Assembly: GCA_947631665.1 (NCBI GenBank)
Contig: CANRMF010000002.1
Location: 5,885-69,884, forward strand
DNA from: an uncultured Lachnospiraceae bacterium
GTDB taxonomy: Bacteria; Bacillota; Clostridia; Lachnospirales; Lachnospiraceae
Reading direction: 5' to 3'
DNA length: 64,000 bases
Part shown: in pieces, positions 1-12,000 of the stretch
Numbering within the stretch: the first letter of the stretch is position 1
Layout of the letters: each line of letters starts with the position of its first letter
Position numbers and translations under genes: made by a program
The notes under the pieces: generated by a model
What the model was told of the DNA's origin: nothing
Database searches by the model: none
The model's input: only the letters and a program-made list of their open reading frames with translations

Positions 1-3000
1 GTTAAAAACAAGCCAAAGGGTGTAAAAGTAAAATGGAAATCAAAAAACAAAAAAATTGCAAAAGTTTCAAAGAAGGGCGTTGTCAGGGCAAAGAAAGCTG
101 GCAAAACAACGATTATTGCAAAAGTAGGAAAAAAGAAATTAAAATGCAGAATTATTGTCAAATCAAAAAAGAAAGCGGCGGGATACCGACCGGAAAACAC
201 GTCCGTTCCGGAAACTGTAAAACCGGATAGCGGTACAAATACGAATTATACATCAAATGTAGCAGGCGGCTCCGTCGAATACAACCATACACCGAAAAAA
301 GGTGAAAATGTTGTTTTCAATTTGAATATCACCGTCAGTCCGGTTACCGGCGTGGCCGCTGTGATTTCCGGTGGAAAAACATATTCCGCAGAACATATCA
401 GTGGAAATGATTACCGGATATCTATTCCTGCGCCAATGACTGCCGGAAAGCAGGATATTGTCATTACGGGAATTGTTCTGGACAACGGAAAGCAGATTCA
501 GACAGAGTACAAAGCCACTGTCGATGTCTTAAAAGATGCGCCGGTTGTCAGCGATATTGCAATTGATACGGAAAAAGAAACGCCGGAGTTGTCCTATGAG
601 ATTGCAGATAAAGACGGAGCGTTTCAGGACGGAATCATAACGATTACTGATGAAAACGGAAACGTTGCATATGAATCTAAAAAAATCGAAAGCGGAACGA
701 ATACAGTTTCTCTTGAGGATTTAAAACCGGATAAAAAATATACGGCAAAGGTCGCTGTCAACTATGATTTAGACAGTGATGTTTTTGGCGCGCCGCAAGA
801 CCACAGGGGCACTCTGGAAAAATCAAAGGAATTTAAACTAGACGCAAAGTATGGTTTTGAGGGCGGAAATTGGAACATTACACAAAAGGTTACAAAATCG
901 CAGAAGTTATACGTGACGTTTGAGAATACATACGCCTCCTATTATGATGTGGAATCCGTATTTGTTTCCGGAAAACAGTACAAAGCAGTCAAAGAGGAAA
1001 ACACTTACCGGACAGAAATTGAAAAGGGCAAAAAGGGGGAAAAGAATACTGTTATCGTACAAAAAGTTGTGTTGGCAAACGGCAAGGAATATGAAGTCAA
1101 TCAGGAATTGGAATATTTCTATCTGAAGGACGCGCCGACACTGGGAAATGATTTTACGGTGCAGCGCAATGAGTCTAAGTTAAAAGTAATGCTGGATATC
1201 CATGATGAGGAAAAAACCATACAGCAGGTCAAAGTATATCTGACGGATCAGGAGGGATATGTAGTTACCGAAAAAGACATGGAATCGGGCAGCGATTTTG
1301 TAGAATTTGAAATCAATCAGTCCGGAAATTATAAGATTGAGGTCGAATACACTTATGATTTGGGCGATGAAGTTTTGCTAAAGGATACAAAGCAGTATGA
1401 GCAGGTTATCAACGAACCGGCAAGCGTGGATATTGTTCATTGGAATGTTACTGACCATGCCGGAGAGGAAATTTCCCATGTGGAAAAAGGGCAGCCGTTG
1501 AAGGCAAGTTTTTCTGTTGACACCAATGTCAATGAAAAAATAGTGTCCGTTATTGCAAACTCTGTCAGACTTCCTGTGGAAGCAAAGGAGAGAGGGCTTT
1601 ACACCGTTTTATTTAATGCGCCTGAGAAAGCCGGAAGAAAGAGCATTGAAATTACCGGCGTTGAATTTGAAAAGAGCGGAGAAATCGAGGCTTCCTACAC
1701 CTTTGAACTGGAAGTCTTAAAGGCTGCGCCTTTGGCAACTGTGGAAAATGCGGCTGCCGGCGAAGATTGCAAAAAGATGACGGCAGACTTTTCCCTTACA
1801 GACGAAGACGAGGTCACGACTGCTCTGTATGCGAGATTATTCAGTCCGCAGGGGAAAATGCTTGAAGAAAAAGCGATAGAAAAAGATGCGCAGTCAGTGT
1901 TTTTTGAAGCTGCTGATAACGCAGTTTTTACAGCAGGGGAATACAGGATAGAAATTGGCGCAGATTATGAGCGTGGAGACGGGAAAACCCACAATCAAAA
2001 GGAAACGATTGGAACCGGAACGGCGCGGATTTTAACAAAAGCAGATATCACGAATGCTGTTGTTAAAAATTATTATGTTAAGCGGGGAGAAGCAGTTGAG
2101 ATTGAATATACGGTTTCTTCTAATAATGAAGCCGCTCTTTCCGGCATTACCATAAACAATGTTTATTATCCGGCAACAGAAAATGAAAATCATACGTACA
2201 CTGTATCTGTGACTGCGCAGAGCGATGCGTCCTGCGGCGTAAATACAGTGACTCCGCACAGCGTCATGTACGGAGAGGAAACCGTTATTCTGGGCAGCTC
2301 TCAATCTGCAGAGTATTATATTCTGAAAGCAGAGCCGGCGATTGAAAACTACGCCTTCAATGATAAACTGAGCGAACAGACGATTACGTTTGATTTCGTA
2401 AATAAAGAAAAAGCACTTGTCAAAGACGCGCGCATTGTCATCAGGCAGGGAGAAACAGAAAAAATCAGTCAGGAAATTACCTCGGGAAACAATACCGTTG
2501 CGCTTGGTTCTCTTGAAAATGGAACATATACGGTAGAATTTACCGGAACCTATGAGCTTGACGATAACGAAGACGGGCAGAATGTTTATCAGATAGCGGA
2601 TTTGTTCGGTCAAAAACAGATACAGGTCGTTTCTGATTATCATGCAAGCATAAGCGTCAATGACGTGAAAGTCAATAAAAATGAAAAGCAGGCGGTAATC
2701 ACGTTTACCGGTACAAACGCTGTGGGACTTGATATAAAGTCCATTATCGCAGACGATCAGACATATGAGGTAAGCCGGCAGGCAGAAGCGGATACATACA
2801 AGGCGGGGATTTCCTATGAAAATGAGTCGTATCGGAAAATAACAGTTACAGATGTTATCTTAGACGGAGATATCCGGGTTCATTTGAAGGAAGCGCAGAA
2901 CTTTGAAATTTTCAAGGCAGCTCCGTCTGTGAGCGCAGTGGGAACAAGTGTCGATGAGAATAAAGTGACTGTGAAGCTCCAAGTGCATGACGAAGCCGAA

Positions 3001-6000
3001 ATTATGGAAAATGCAAAGGCGGTATTAAAAGATGCGCAGGGAAATCAGATTGGAACGCCGCAGAGTGTTTCGCGCGACACGACAGAGGTCACTTTTGCAA
3101 ATGTAAACAAAGCAGGAAAATATACGGTAGAAATTCTGGCAGACTACGACAGAGTGGACGGCGAACTTCATGAGCAGGAAAAAATCAATGCAGAAGACAT
3201 TGAAGTTGTGGTAAATATTCAGGCAGAAATTTCTAAAATCCTGTTACCAAAAACGTATGCAGATAAAAAAGAGACGGTTACAGTCACCTATATGATTTAT
3301 GATAATACAGACGAACTAATTACCGGACTGGTCATCAGCGACGGCATTGCGGAAAATAATTATCTTGCAATATGTGATGGCGATGATTGCAGCATACATC
3401 TTATCATGCCTGAACTTGATGGGAAAAAGACATATACCGTAACCAAAGTATTGTACGGAACGAAACAGGTAGTACCGTCAGGAGAAAATCTGACGGTTTC
3501 CATTGACGTGCTGAAAACGGCACCGGTAATTAAAGATTATAAAGTAAATGCAAATCAGGATATTCCGACGATTTCATTTTATGTGGAAAATCCAGATCAT
3601 GTAACGATAAAGGCAAAAGCACTTGTCAAAGATGAAACCGGTGATACAGTGCTTACCGCAGAGGAAAATATTGCCGATGGAGAAAACGTTATTAAACTCA
3701 GCGGACTGGACAATAACCGGATATATCATTTTGCACTGGAAGGAACTTATATTCTGGATAATGGCAGCGACAGCCGGTATGAATACAATATCGGTCAAAT
3801 TTTTCCGGAAAAGAGATTTCAATTTGACACGCATACGGAGATAACAGACTGTACAATCTCAAACCCGTATGTGGAAAAGGGCGGAAAAGTAGAAATGGTC
3901 TATACCGTCGAGGACAATACAGAAATTCCATTATCCTATATTGTGATTAACGGAAAACGACACGAGGTTTTAAAACTTCAAGACGGAACATATCAGGTGA
4001 CTTATACAGCAAAAGAGGACTGCGGTATTGAAATGTTGAATACCAGTGCGCTTGGATATGACAATAATGAATTTGAGGTAGAAAGGACAGACCGGATAGA
4101 AGTTTTGAAACAGAAGCCTGAGATTTCTGCCGGATACAGCGTAGTCAATCATTACAGGGAAAAATCCATCGAATTTACTTTTGATGTGGAAGACCCGGAT
4201 CAGGCGGTTAAAAACAACAAAGTGTATGCGCTGCTTTGCAATGCGCAAAACAATGAGGAAATAAAGCGCGTCGAAGTGGCTGCAAAGAGCGGTCAGTCCG
4301 TAACCTTTACAGAGGTGTCTGTGGGAGTCTCTTATAATATTGCGGTTATTGCAGACTATGACCTTGATACAGACGCGCTCAATGAAACGACAAAGAAAAA
4401 TGAAAATCTTGCAGAAAATTCAAAACTTTTTGAAACCGATGCAGAACTGTTGAAAAATAAACTTGAAGTGAGCGATTTTGCAGTAAATACGATTGGAAAA
4501 AAGCCGACAGTTTCCTTTACAATGTCAGATGATGACGGAAGTTTTGTAAGTGGTAATCTGATTATCACAAACAAAAAAACGAAAGCAGTGTCAAAGGTTG
4601 CGCTTGAGGGCGGACAGACTACTTATGAACTGGAGCTGCCACCGTTTGTAAAACATAAGATTGAACTACAGATTACTTATGATTTGGACGATGAACCTGA
4701 CAATCACAAACATTCCAAAGAAGAAATTTTCGGAATGGCAGATGATGTGGAATTTATCGGGGACTATCATCTTACATTCAGCGACCTGACTGTAAAGAGT
4801 GTCAATAAAGAAGAATCTAAAGCAGTATTGCAGTTTAAGTCAGACAATGTGTCTGATTATGGAGTACTGCAGGTGCAGGTAGGGGAAAACAAGTATGATG
4901 CGCAGCCGGTAGAGGGCGAGGAAAATATCTATACATTTGAATACGAGATTTCTCCGGAGCAGTTTGGCACAAGAACAACAATCACAGTAGATGCCGTCAT
5001 TTTGGCAAATGGAGGAATTGTCAAACCGGAGAGTACATCTTCCGTAACAATCTTTAAGCAGGCTCCAAAGGCAACGGAAATCACTTTAAAGAATATCAAT
5101 GAAAATCAGATTGATGTGGAATTTGAAGTGACAGACGAGGAGAAAACGCTGACAAGACTGTATGCGGTATTGCAGGACGAAAACGGCGTCAAAGTGACTG
5201 AAAAAGAATTTGAACCAGATGTCAGAAAAGTTTCCTTTGAAAATGTGACTGCAAAGAAATATCAGGTGGAAATTCAGGGAGATTACGATTTGGCAGACGG
5301 AGAAAGGCATGTGCAGCAGTCGCTTAAAACAAGTGAATTGATAACAATTTCTCCTGCTGTGCGGATTAAAACGACGGATATTTCCAAAAAGTATCCGAAA
5401 AAAGGCGAAACGATTGACATTACCTATGAGATTTTCTCCAACACAATGCTTGATGTTTCTAAGGTAGTGATTAAAGATATTGAGTACAGCGTTACCAAAG
5501 AAAAAGGAGAAAACTATAAGATATCATATCAGGCGCCGGATAATGCGGGATATGATGAAATTAAAGTAACGAAAGTTATTTTTGCGAATAACGATTTTGC
5601 CGACATATCTGATAATCCGCATATCGATGAAATTGATGTACTGAAAACAGAACCGGCGATTGTAGGATTTTCATCTTCAGATGATTTAGCAAAAGAGATG
5701 GTAATGTTTAAGTTTGAGGTATATGATCCTGATAATGCCATGACCTCCGGAAAAGCGGTTGTGGGAAATCAGGAACAGACGGTAATACAAAATTCAAACA
5801 GCATTCTGTTTCAGGTGACGCCGGATATAGAGCATACCATAACCATCAACGTGGAGTATGATTTGGATTCCAACCGGCTGACAGGCGAAGATGAGAGCAA
5901 TCATAAAGCAACGCTTGTTAAAACGGAGAAATTTACCCTGTTATCCGATTATGAACTTCGTATCACTGACCTGAAAACTTATAAAAAGGAAAGCGGGGAA

Positions 6001-9000
6001 GAAACAAAATTCTTTGCGAAAAATGAACCGATACAACTGAGATTTCACTGTACAAACAAGACAGAACTCACGCCGTCAGAAGTACGGGTAAACGACTTGG
6101 AAGACGTTTCTACAGAGGGCGAATGGTTCCCGGTAAACACCGTTTATAAAGACGACGGTTCGGTGGATTATTACTATGTGGAAATTGACGGAAAGAATGA
6201 GCCGGGAGCGGAAACAATTGAACTCTATGATGTGAAGCTGAGCAGTGGAAAGGTGGTTAACAAAACTGCGTTCAAGGGGACAGCGCCGTCTGCGGATATT
6301 GATATTTTAAAAGATAAACCAGAGATCAGCGGAATTACTGTGACAAATAATGAGTCCAGCGTGACCGTATCCTTTGATGTGACGGACCCTGATTCTGCGC
6401 TGCTTGACAGTTATGTTAAGATTGTTGAGGATTCCCTCAATAGAAATATCTTTAAAACGACCATCAGAACAGGCAGAAATGAGTACACGATAGATTTAAA
6501 ACCGGCTGTTAAATATACTTTGACCATTGAGAGAAATTATAACCTAGACAGTCTGACAGATGATGAATTGAATACAAAGCATGAAGTAATTGAAACCAGA
6601 CCAATTGAAATTACAAAGAAGGAAGAACCAAACTTCATAGCAAGAAATCTAAGTGTGCCGAAACGGGTTCCAAACGGACAGAAGGTCGAGCTGACTTTTG
6701 AAAACAGAGTGCTGTCTTATACAGATGTCAGTGCGATTACGATTGACGGACAGGAGCATACGGTAACGAAAGATGACAGCAATGTCTACCATCTCGAACT
6801 TGATCCGGGAAAAGAGGGCGTTCATACCATTCATGTCGGAAATGTCAAAATGGGAGAAAAAGAGTTTAAGATTAACCGGAACCTGACCTATACGCATGAA
6901 TTTATTATTCCGACAGCAGAAACACTGACAGATGAAATTAAAGAAGATGTGGAAAACAATCTGGCAACAATTGATTATAAAATTACCGATCCGCATCATT
7001 CAATTAAGTCGCTGACAGCATATATGAGAAACAGCGCAGGGGTTGTTGCCGCTACGAAAGAAATTGAAATCGGCAAAGACAGCCTCAGTATGCCTCTGAT
7101 TAAATCTTACAGATATCTGATTGATTTAAAGGCGGAATATGATGTCGGAGATGGCAAAACCTATGAGACAGTAAACTTATTTACAAAAGAAAAGAGTTCT
7201 GAAGCAAGAGTTTCCATTGTCAGTGAGAGTATCAATAAAGAATTTGCCGACAAGGGCGAAAATGTTGCCATTACTTACAAAATCAATACAAACTTTGAGC
7301 AGGATTTAAGAAAAGTATTTATCGGCGAGACCGGTTACAGTGCTACCAAACTTGAGGAAGCAGATACCTATGAAATCACTGTGCCTGCGCCAAAAGCAGC
7401 CGGCGTATTCAAACAGGAAGTAACCCAGATGCAGGTAGGAAACAATAACTATGAAGTGAAAGATCCGAATCCTGTTGCGATTAAAGTGTTTAGAGATAAG
7501 CCGACGCTGACGCATTTTATTATTGATGAGCAGAACAATCAGTTGTCATTTAAGCTGAATGATGATGACGGGGCGCTGACGGAAAATGCAGTCTTTACCA
7601 TTACGGATAATTCCGGAAAGAGCACAACGCAAATGCTCACGCATGGAGGAGGCGACTATACTTTTGAATTAAATAAAATAGGCTTAATCAATCTGAATCA
7701 GCAGTATCATGCAAAAGTCAATGTAACATACGACCTGAATCCGGAGCGTGGAAACCAAAGCCGGCAAAATATTATGAGTGTTTCTGCGGAGGAAACAGAG
7801 AGTGAGGCAGAGACGGAAACGCCGCAGGTTACCAAAGCAACGGAAGACATTTACGAGAGGGATATTCAGCTTACAGGGCTTATTGATTACAATTTCCACT
7901 TTGAAGATGTGGGCGGATATTATATATTCAGCATGAATACGGCAAAGAACGATCTTGACGTCCTTTTCAAATGTACGAATGATTCCGTCTACAAACCGGC
8001 GAAAGTCATTGTCGATGGAAAGGAATATCCGGTTAAAGCGAGAAAACTGGAAAATCAATATCAGGTATTAAATTACAGACCGGCAAGTTATGATCAGGAA
8101 GAACTGCACTATGAGAAAGTGATTTTGGAAAACGGAATGGCATTTGACACGCCGGCGAGTGTTCCGATTATGGTACTGCGTGAGGATCAGAAGTTTGACA
8201 TTACCGGAGTGGAAGAAGATATCGAGGAGCAGAAAATCAGATTTCGCTTTAATCTGGACGACAAAGATGGAAAAGTCGTTTCAGATCTGCGGTTTGTTTT
8301 GAAAAATTCACAGGGGCAGTTGATAGAGTCTGTCAATGTGCCGGTTACGGAAAAGATGGTTGAATTTAAGATTCCGAATCCGCCGACTGCAAAATATCAG
8401 TTGACGGTTTATGGAGACCTCTTTATATACTCCGGCTGGAATGATAAGGATCAGGTATTGTTCTCCGGCGAATATGACTCTAAGGTCAATACTTCCATTC
8501 TTGGAAGTACATTTTCGACGCGTTATCCGAAGAAAGGCGAAACGATTGCGATTGACTACATTATCAGCAGTACAAAAGTCGTTCTTGTCGATCCGGACGA
8601 CCATGAAAATCTGGCGAAAGCAGTCAACATTACAACGATGGTAATTAACGGCAGAGAATATGACGTACAGCACGTGGAAGGAGAAAAATACCGAGTTTAC
8701 TATACGGCAGCAGAAGACGACGGTCTCGAAAACATTGCGGTTTCACAAATTAACTTCAGCAACGAGACTTCGGAAACCTTCCATCGGACGGATACGATAG
8801 AAGTCATCAAAGAGGAACCGTCTATTACAAATTATCAGACAGTCAATCATCTGGAAGAAAATAAAGTGACCTTTAAATTCCATTTCTCTGATCCGGACAA
8901 CGCGCTGGATTCTAATCCGGTTTACGCGCTTGTCGACGGAGAAAGAAAGGAAATTCATGAAGGGGATAATGAACTCGAATTTCCGGCAAAATTGGATACG

Positions 9001-12000
9001 CTGTCCAAATTTGAAGTCAAAGCGACTTATGATTTGGATACGGATCAATTAAATGATGACGACGGCGATGAAAATTCTTATACGGATTATACAATTTTTG
9101 AAAAACCGTTTATACTGACCGGTTTCTACAATGTTGACTTCACAGACGTTGAAACGTATAAGGCAAACGGCGAGAAAACAAACTATTTTGAAAAAGGTGA
9201 AAATATCAAAGTATCGTTTGATTTTTCCGCAGTAGAAGGTCTGTCACCGGAAAAAATAACGGTTGACGGCGCAGAGTATGCTTTGGAGAAAGACCCGCTG
9301 ACAGGAAAATATTCCGTAAATATCAAAGGATATGATACAGCAGGGCCGGTTGATGCATCGATTGATTCCATTACTTTGGACAGTGGAAATACCGTTGTGC
9401 TCAACAATAAAAAATTCTCTTTTGAGATATTAAAAGATGTCGTTCGGGTAGACAGTATGAAGTATATGTTTGATGGAAACAATCAGGATAAACTTCATCT
9501 GGATATTGCAGTCAGCGATGCGGATTACTCCAGCAAGAAACTGGAACTGTCAGTAAAAGATGAGTACGGTACGGTAATCAAGACGAGCAAAAACCTGCTT
9601 GAAGCGGGCAGCAATGACGTTACCTTTGACAAGACGAGTGCAGAAAAATATTTTATTACGGTTTATTCCGATTATGACAGGGATTCCAATAAGGACGACG
9701 GAATTAACAGTTATGAGAACGAGAAAGTTTACAAAGAAGTAGCGACTATCAATAACCGCTACATTGAGATGAAGGACGTTGTCGATATTCAGTTATACCG
9801 CTACGGCGACACCGGAAGTGTGGAAAAAGTAGACAGCTTATCGGTTGAAAATCTGGACGTTCTTGAAAACTGCATTGTCAAAGTGACGATGAGGGATATG
9901 CCTCAGTTCTTCAGCAAAATTACAAGTTACCGCGAAGAAGAAGGCAAACTGAAACTTGTGCTGGAATACAGCGACGCTATGGTTTACACAGGAACAGAGT
10001 TAAAGCCGTTAGAGGTGACGCTTGATATCTTAGAGGATACGAGTTTCGGCTATGACGGTTCCTTCAAGTCCTTGCTGGAAAAGATGAGAGAGCACCCGGA
10101 AGATACTTTTGTTTTGGATAAGGATTATGATTTGTCAGACTATCCGACAAACACAGACGATTCCGAAGCAGTGATTGACTTTGACTTTAGAGGAACACTC
10201 GACGGAAAAGGACGTACCATCAGCAACCTGCATAAGCCGTTATTTAAAACACTGAAAAATGCGACAGTTGAAAACCTTGTATTTAAGGGAATTACTTATT
10301 CAAAACCGGAGAATAAATCCGTCGTAACAAAATACGGTTCCGGTGCTACAATTTCCAATGTCCATATCGACGGCGTTGGATTTAACGGCGGCGAAGGCAG
10401 CAAGAATGGAAATTCAGCATTTGCGTTTGAACTCAAAGACCGTTCCGTTGTCCAAAACTGCAGCGCTGTCAATATCAGTTTTGTCGGATATTATCTGAGT
10501 CAGGTCAATGCCGGCGCAGTTTCTTATCTGTACAATTCTACGATTAAAAACTGTTATGTACAGGGTAAAATCGTGCATGGCTGGCACTTTAACGGCGGAC
10601 TGGTAGGTATTGCAGACCAAAAGGCGGAGATATCCAACAATATTGTCAATATGTCTGTTTCGCCATCATATGATTTGAGTTATGGTGGAAATGCAGGAGT
10701 GGTATCGGCTTCTAACGGCGCGACGCTGAAAAATAATTTAAGTCTGGTAAGCAACGGCACCAGTCTGGCAACGATTTACAGTCCGAACAGCACCATATCG
10801 GAGCAGTCCGAAAATAATTATCATTTGAAGGAATCAAATTCCACGAAAAATACAGGAAAAGGCGTCGGTGAAATTGCAAAAGATGAAATTAATCAGGCAT
10901 TTTTTGAAAAACTGCACTTTGACAAAGCGATTTGGAATTTGGAAAACACTTCTTTTGAACAACTGCCGACCTTAAAGGGCTTGAGCGCATCATTTGACGA
11001 CGGTGGATATCAGCCGAAAAATGCAGAAGTCTATATCCCGGATTTCAACAGGATTTATCACCTGACAAATTATAATCCGAACAAAGAAGTGATTTATCAC
11101 AATATGTATAAACTGATGCCGTTTTATGACGCGAAGGAAATTTTGACTGACGGTAATAAAATTGATGAGAATAATTATCTGAATCAGCATTTAATTGACT
11201 ATGTGCTTCCATACGATAAAAATGGCGCGCTTGTGTCCGTTCTCACGACAAAAAATTACAGAAGTCTGGCAAAAATCAGCGTGGTCTTTGAAAACGGTGA
11301 AGAAAAGGAATACGAGGTTGATTTTGACGACTATTATGGCAATATTGCTTCTTACATGATTCCTGAGTTGAATGTCGGATATAATTTCAGCAAATTTATT
11401 TTAAATGAAGACGCTGAAATTATCGACGAACTGGTGGAAACAGCGTCAAAATACACTTATGAAAAGGATTTGGATCCGCTCACTTCAGCAGAAGACGGCA
11501 GATTGTACAAAGAGCACTTTGAAAATGTGACGAAAAATGAAATGAAAGATTTCGTGGAAAAGATGCTGGTAAACACCGGATATGTGCCGACCTTTGAAAA
11601 TGATGTGCTGGACAATTTAATCAGGCAGAACATTATTGACAATGGAAAATTAAAGCAGATGCTTTATGCGTACAACTATTTTACATACTGGTATGACTTT
11701 AGCATGGACGGTGTAAACGTGGGCGAATCCATGATGTTTTACGGTTCGGAAATGTTTGACGACAGAATGACTTTGCTGGCGTTGTCAGATGAATTGGTTC
11801 AGGGCACCAACGCTGCGACCAATGGAACCGGAAGCTTTTACAGCAGCACGATTGCAAAATATACGGGCCTCTCTAATTTGGGAGAATTTTTGGACTATTA
11901 TGTTACGGCGCTGACAACATATACCGACGGAGACGACTGGTTTAGAGACCATTGGCATGGCGGCATTTATGAGTCCGTAAAAATCAATAATGACAAGGCG

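Noticed and set aside
33-230. 65-aa ORF in an alternative frame at the window start
   Set aside because: It lies wholly inside the giant gene in another frame and has a lysine-rich, low-complexity translation. It is an AT-rich frame artefact.
322-324. TTG at 322 as the start codon of the giant protein (ORF-track call)
   Set aside because: Frame 1 has no stop from nt 1 to 321 and encodes a sensible Big_2-like Ig sequence there. The ORF simply enters the window already open.
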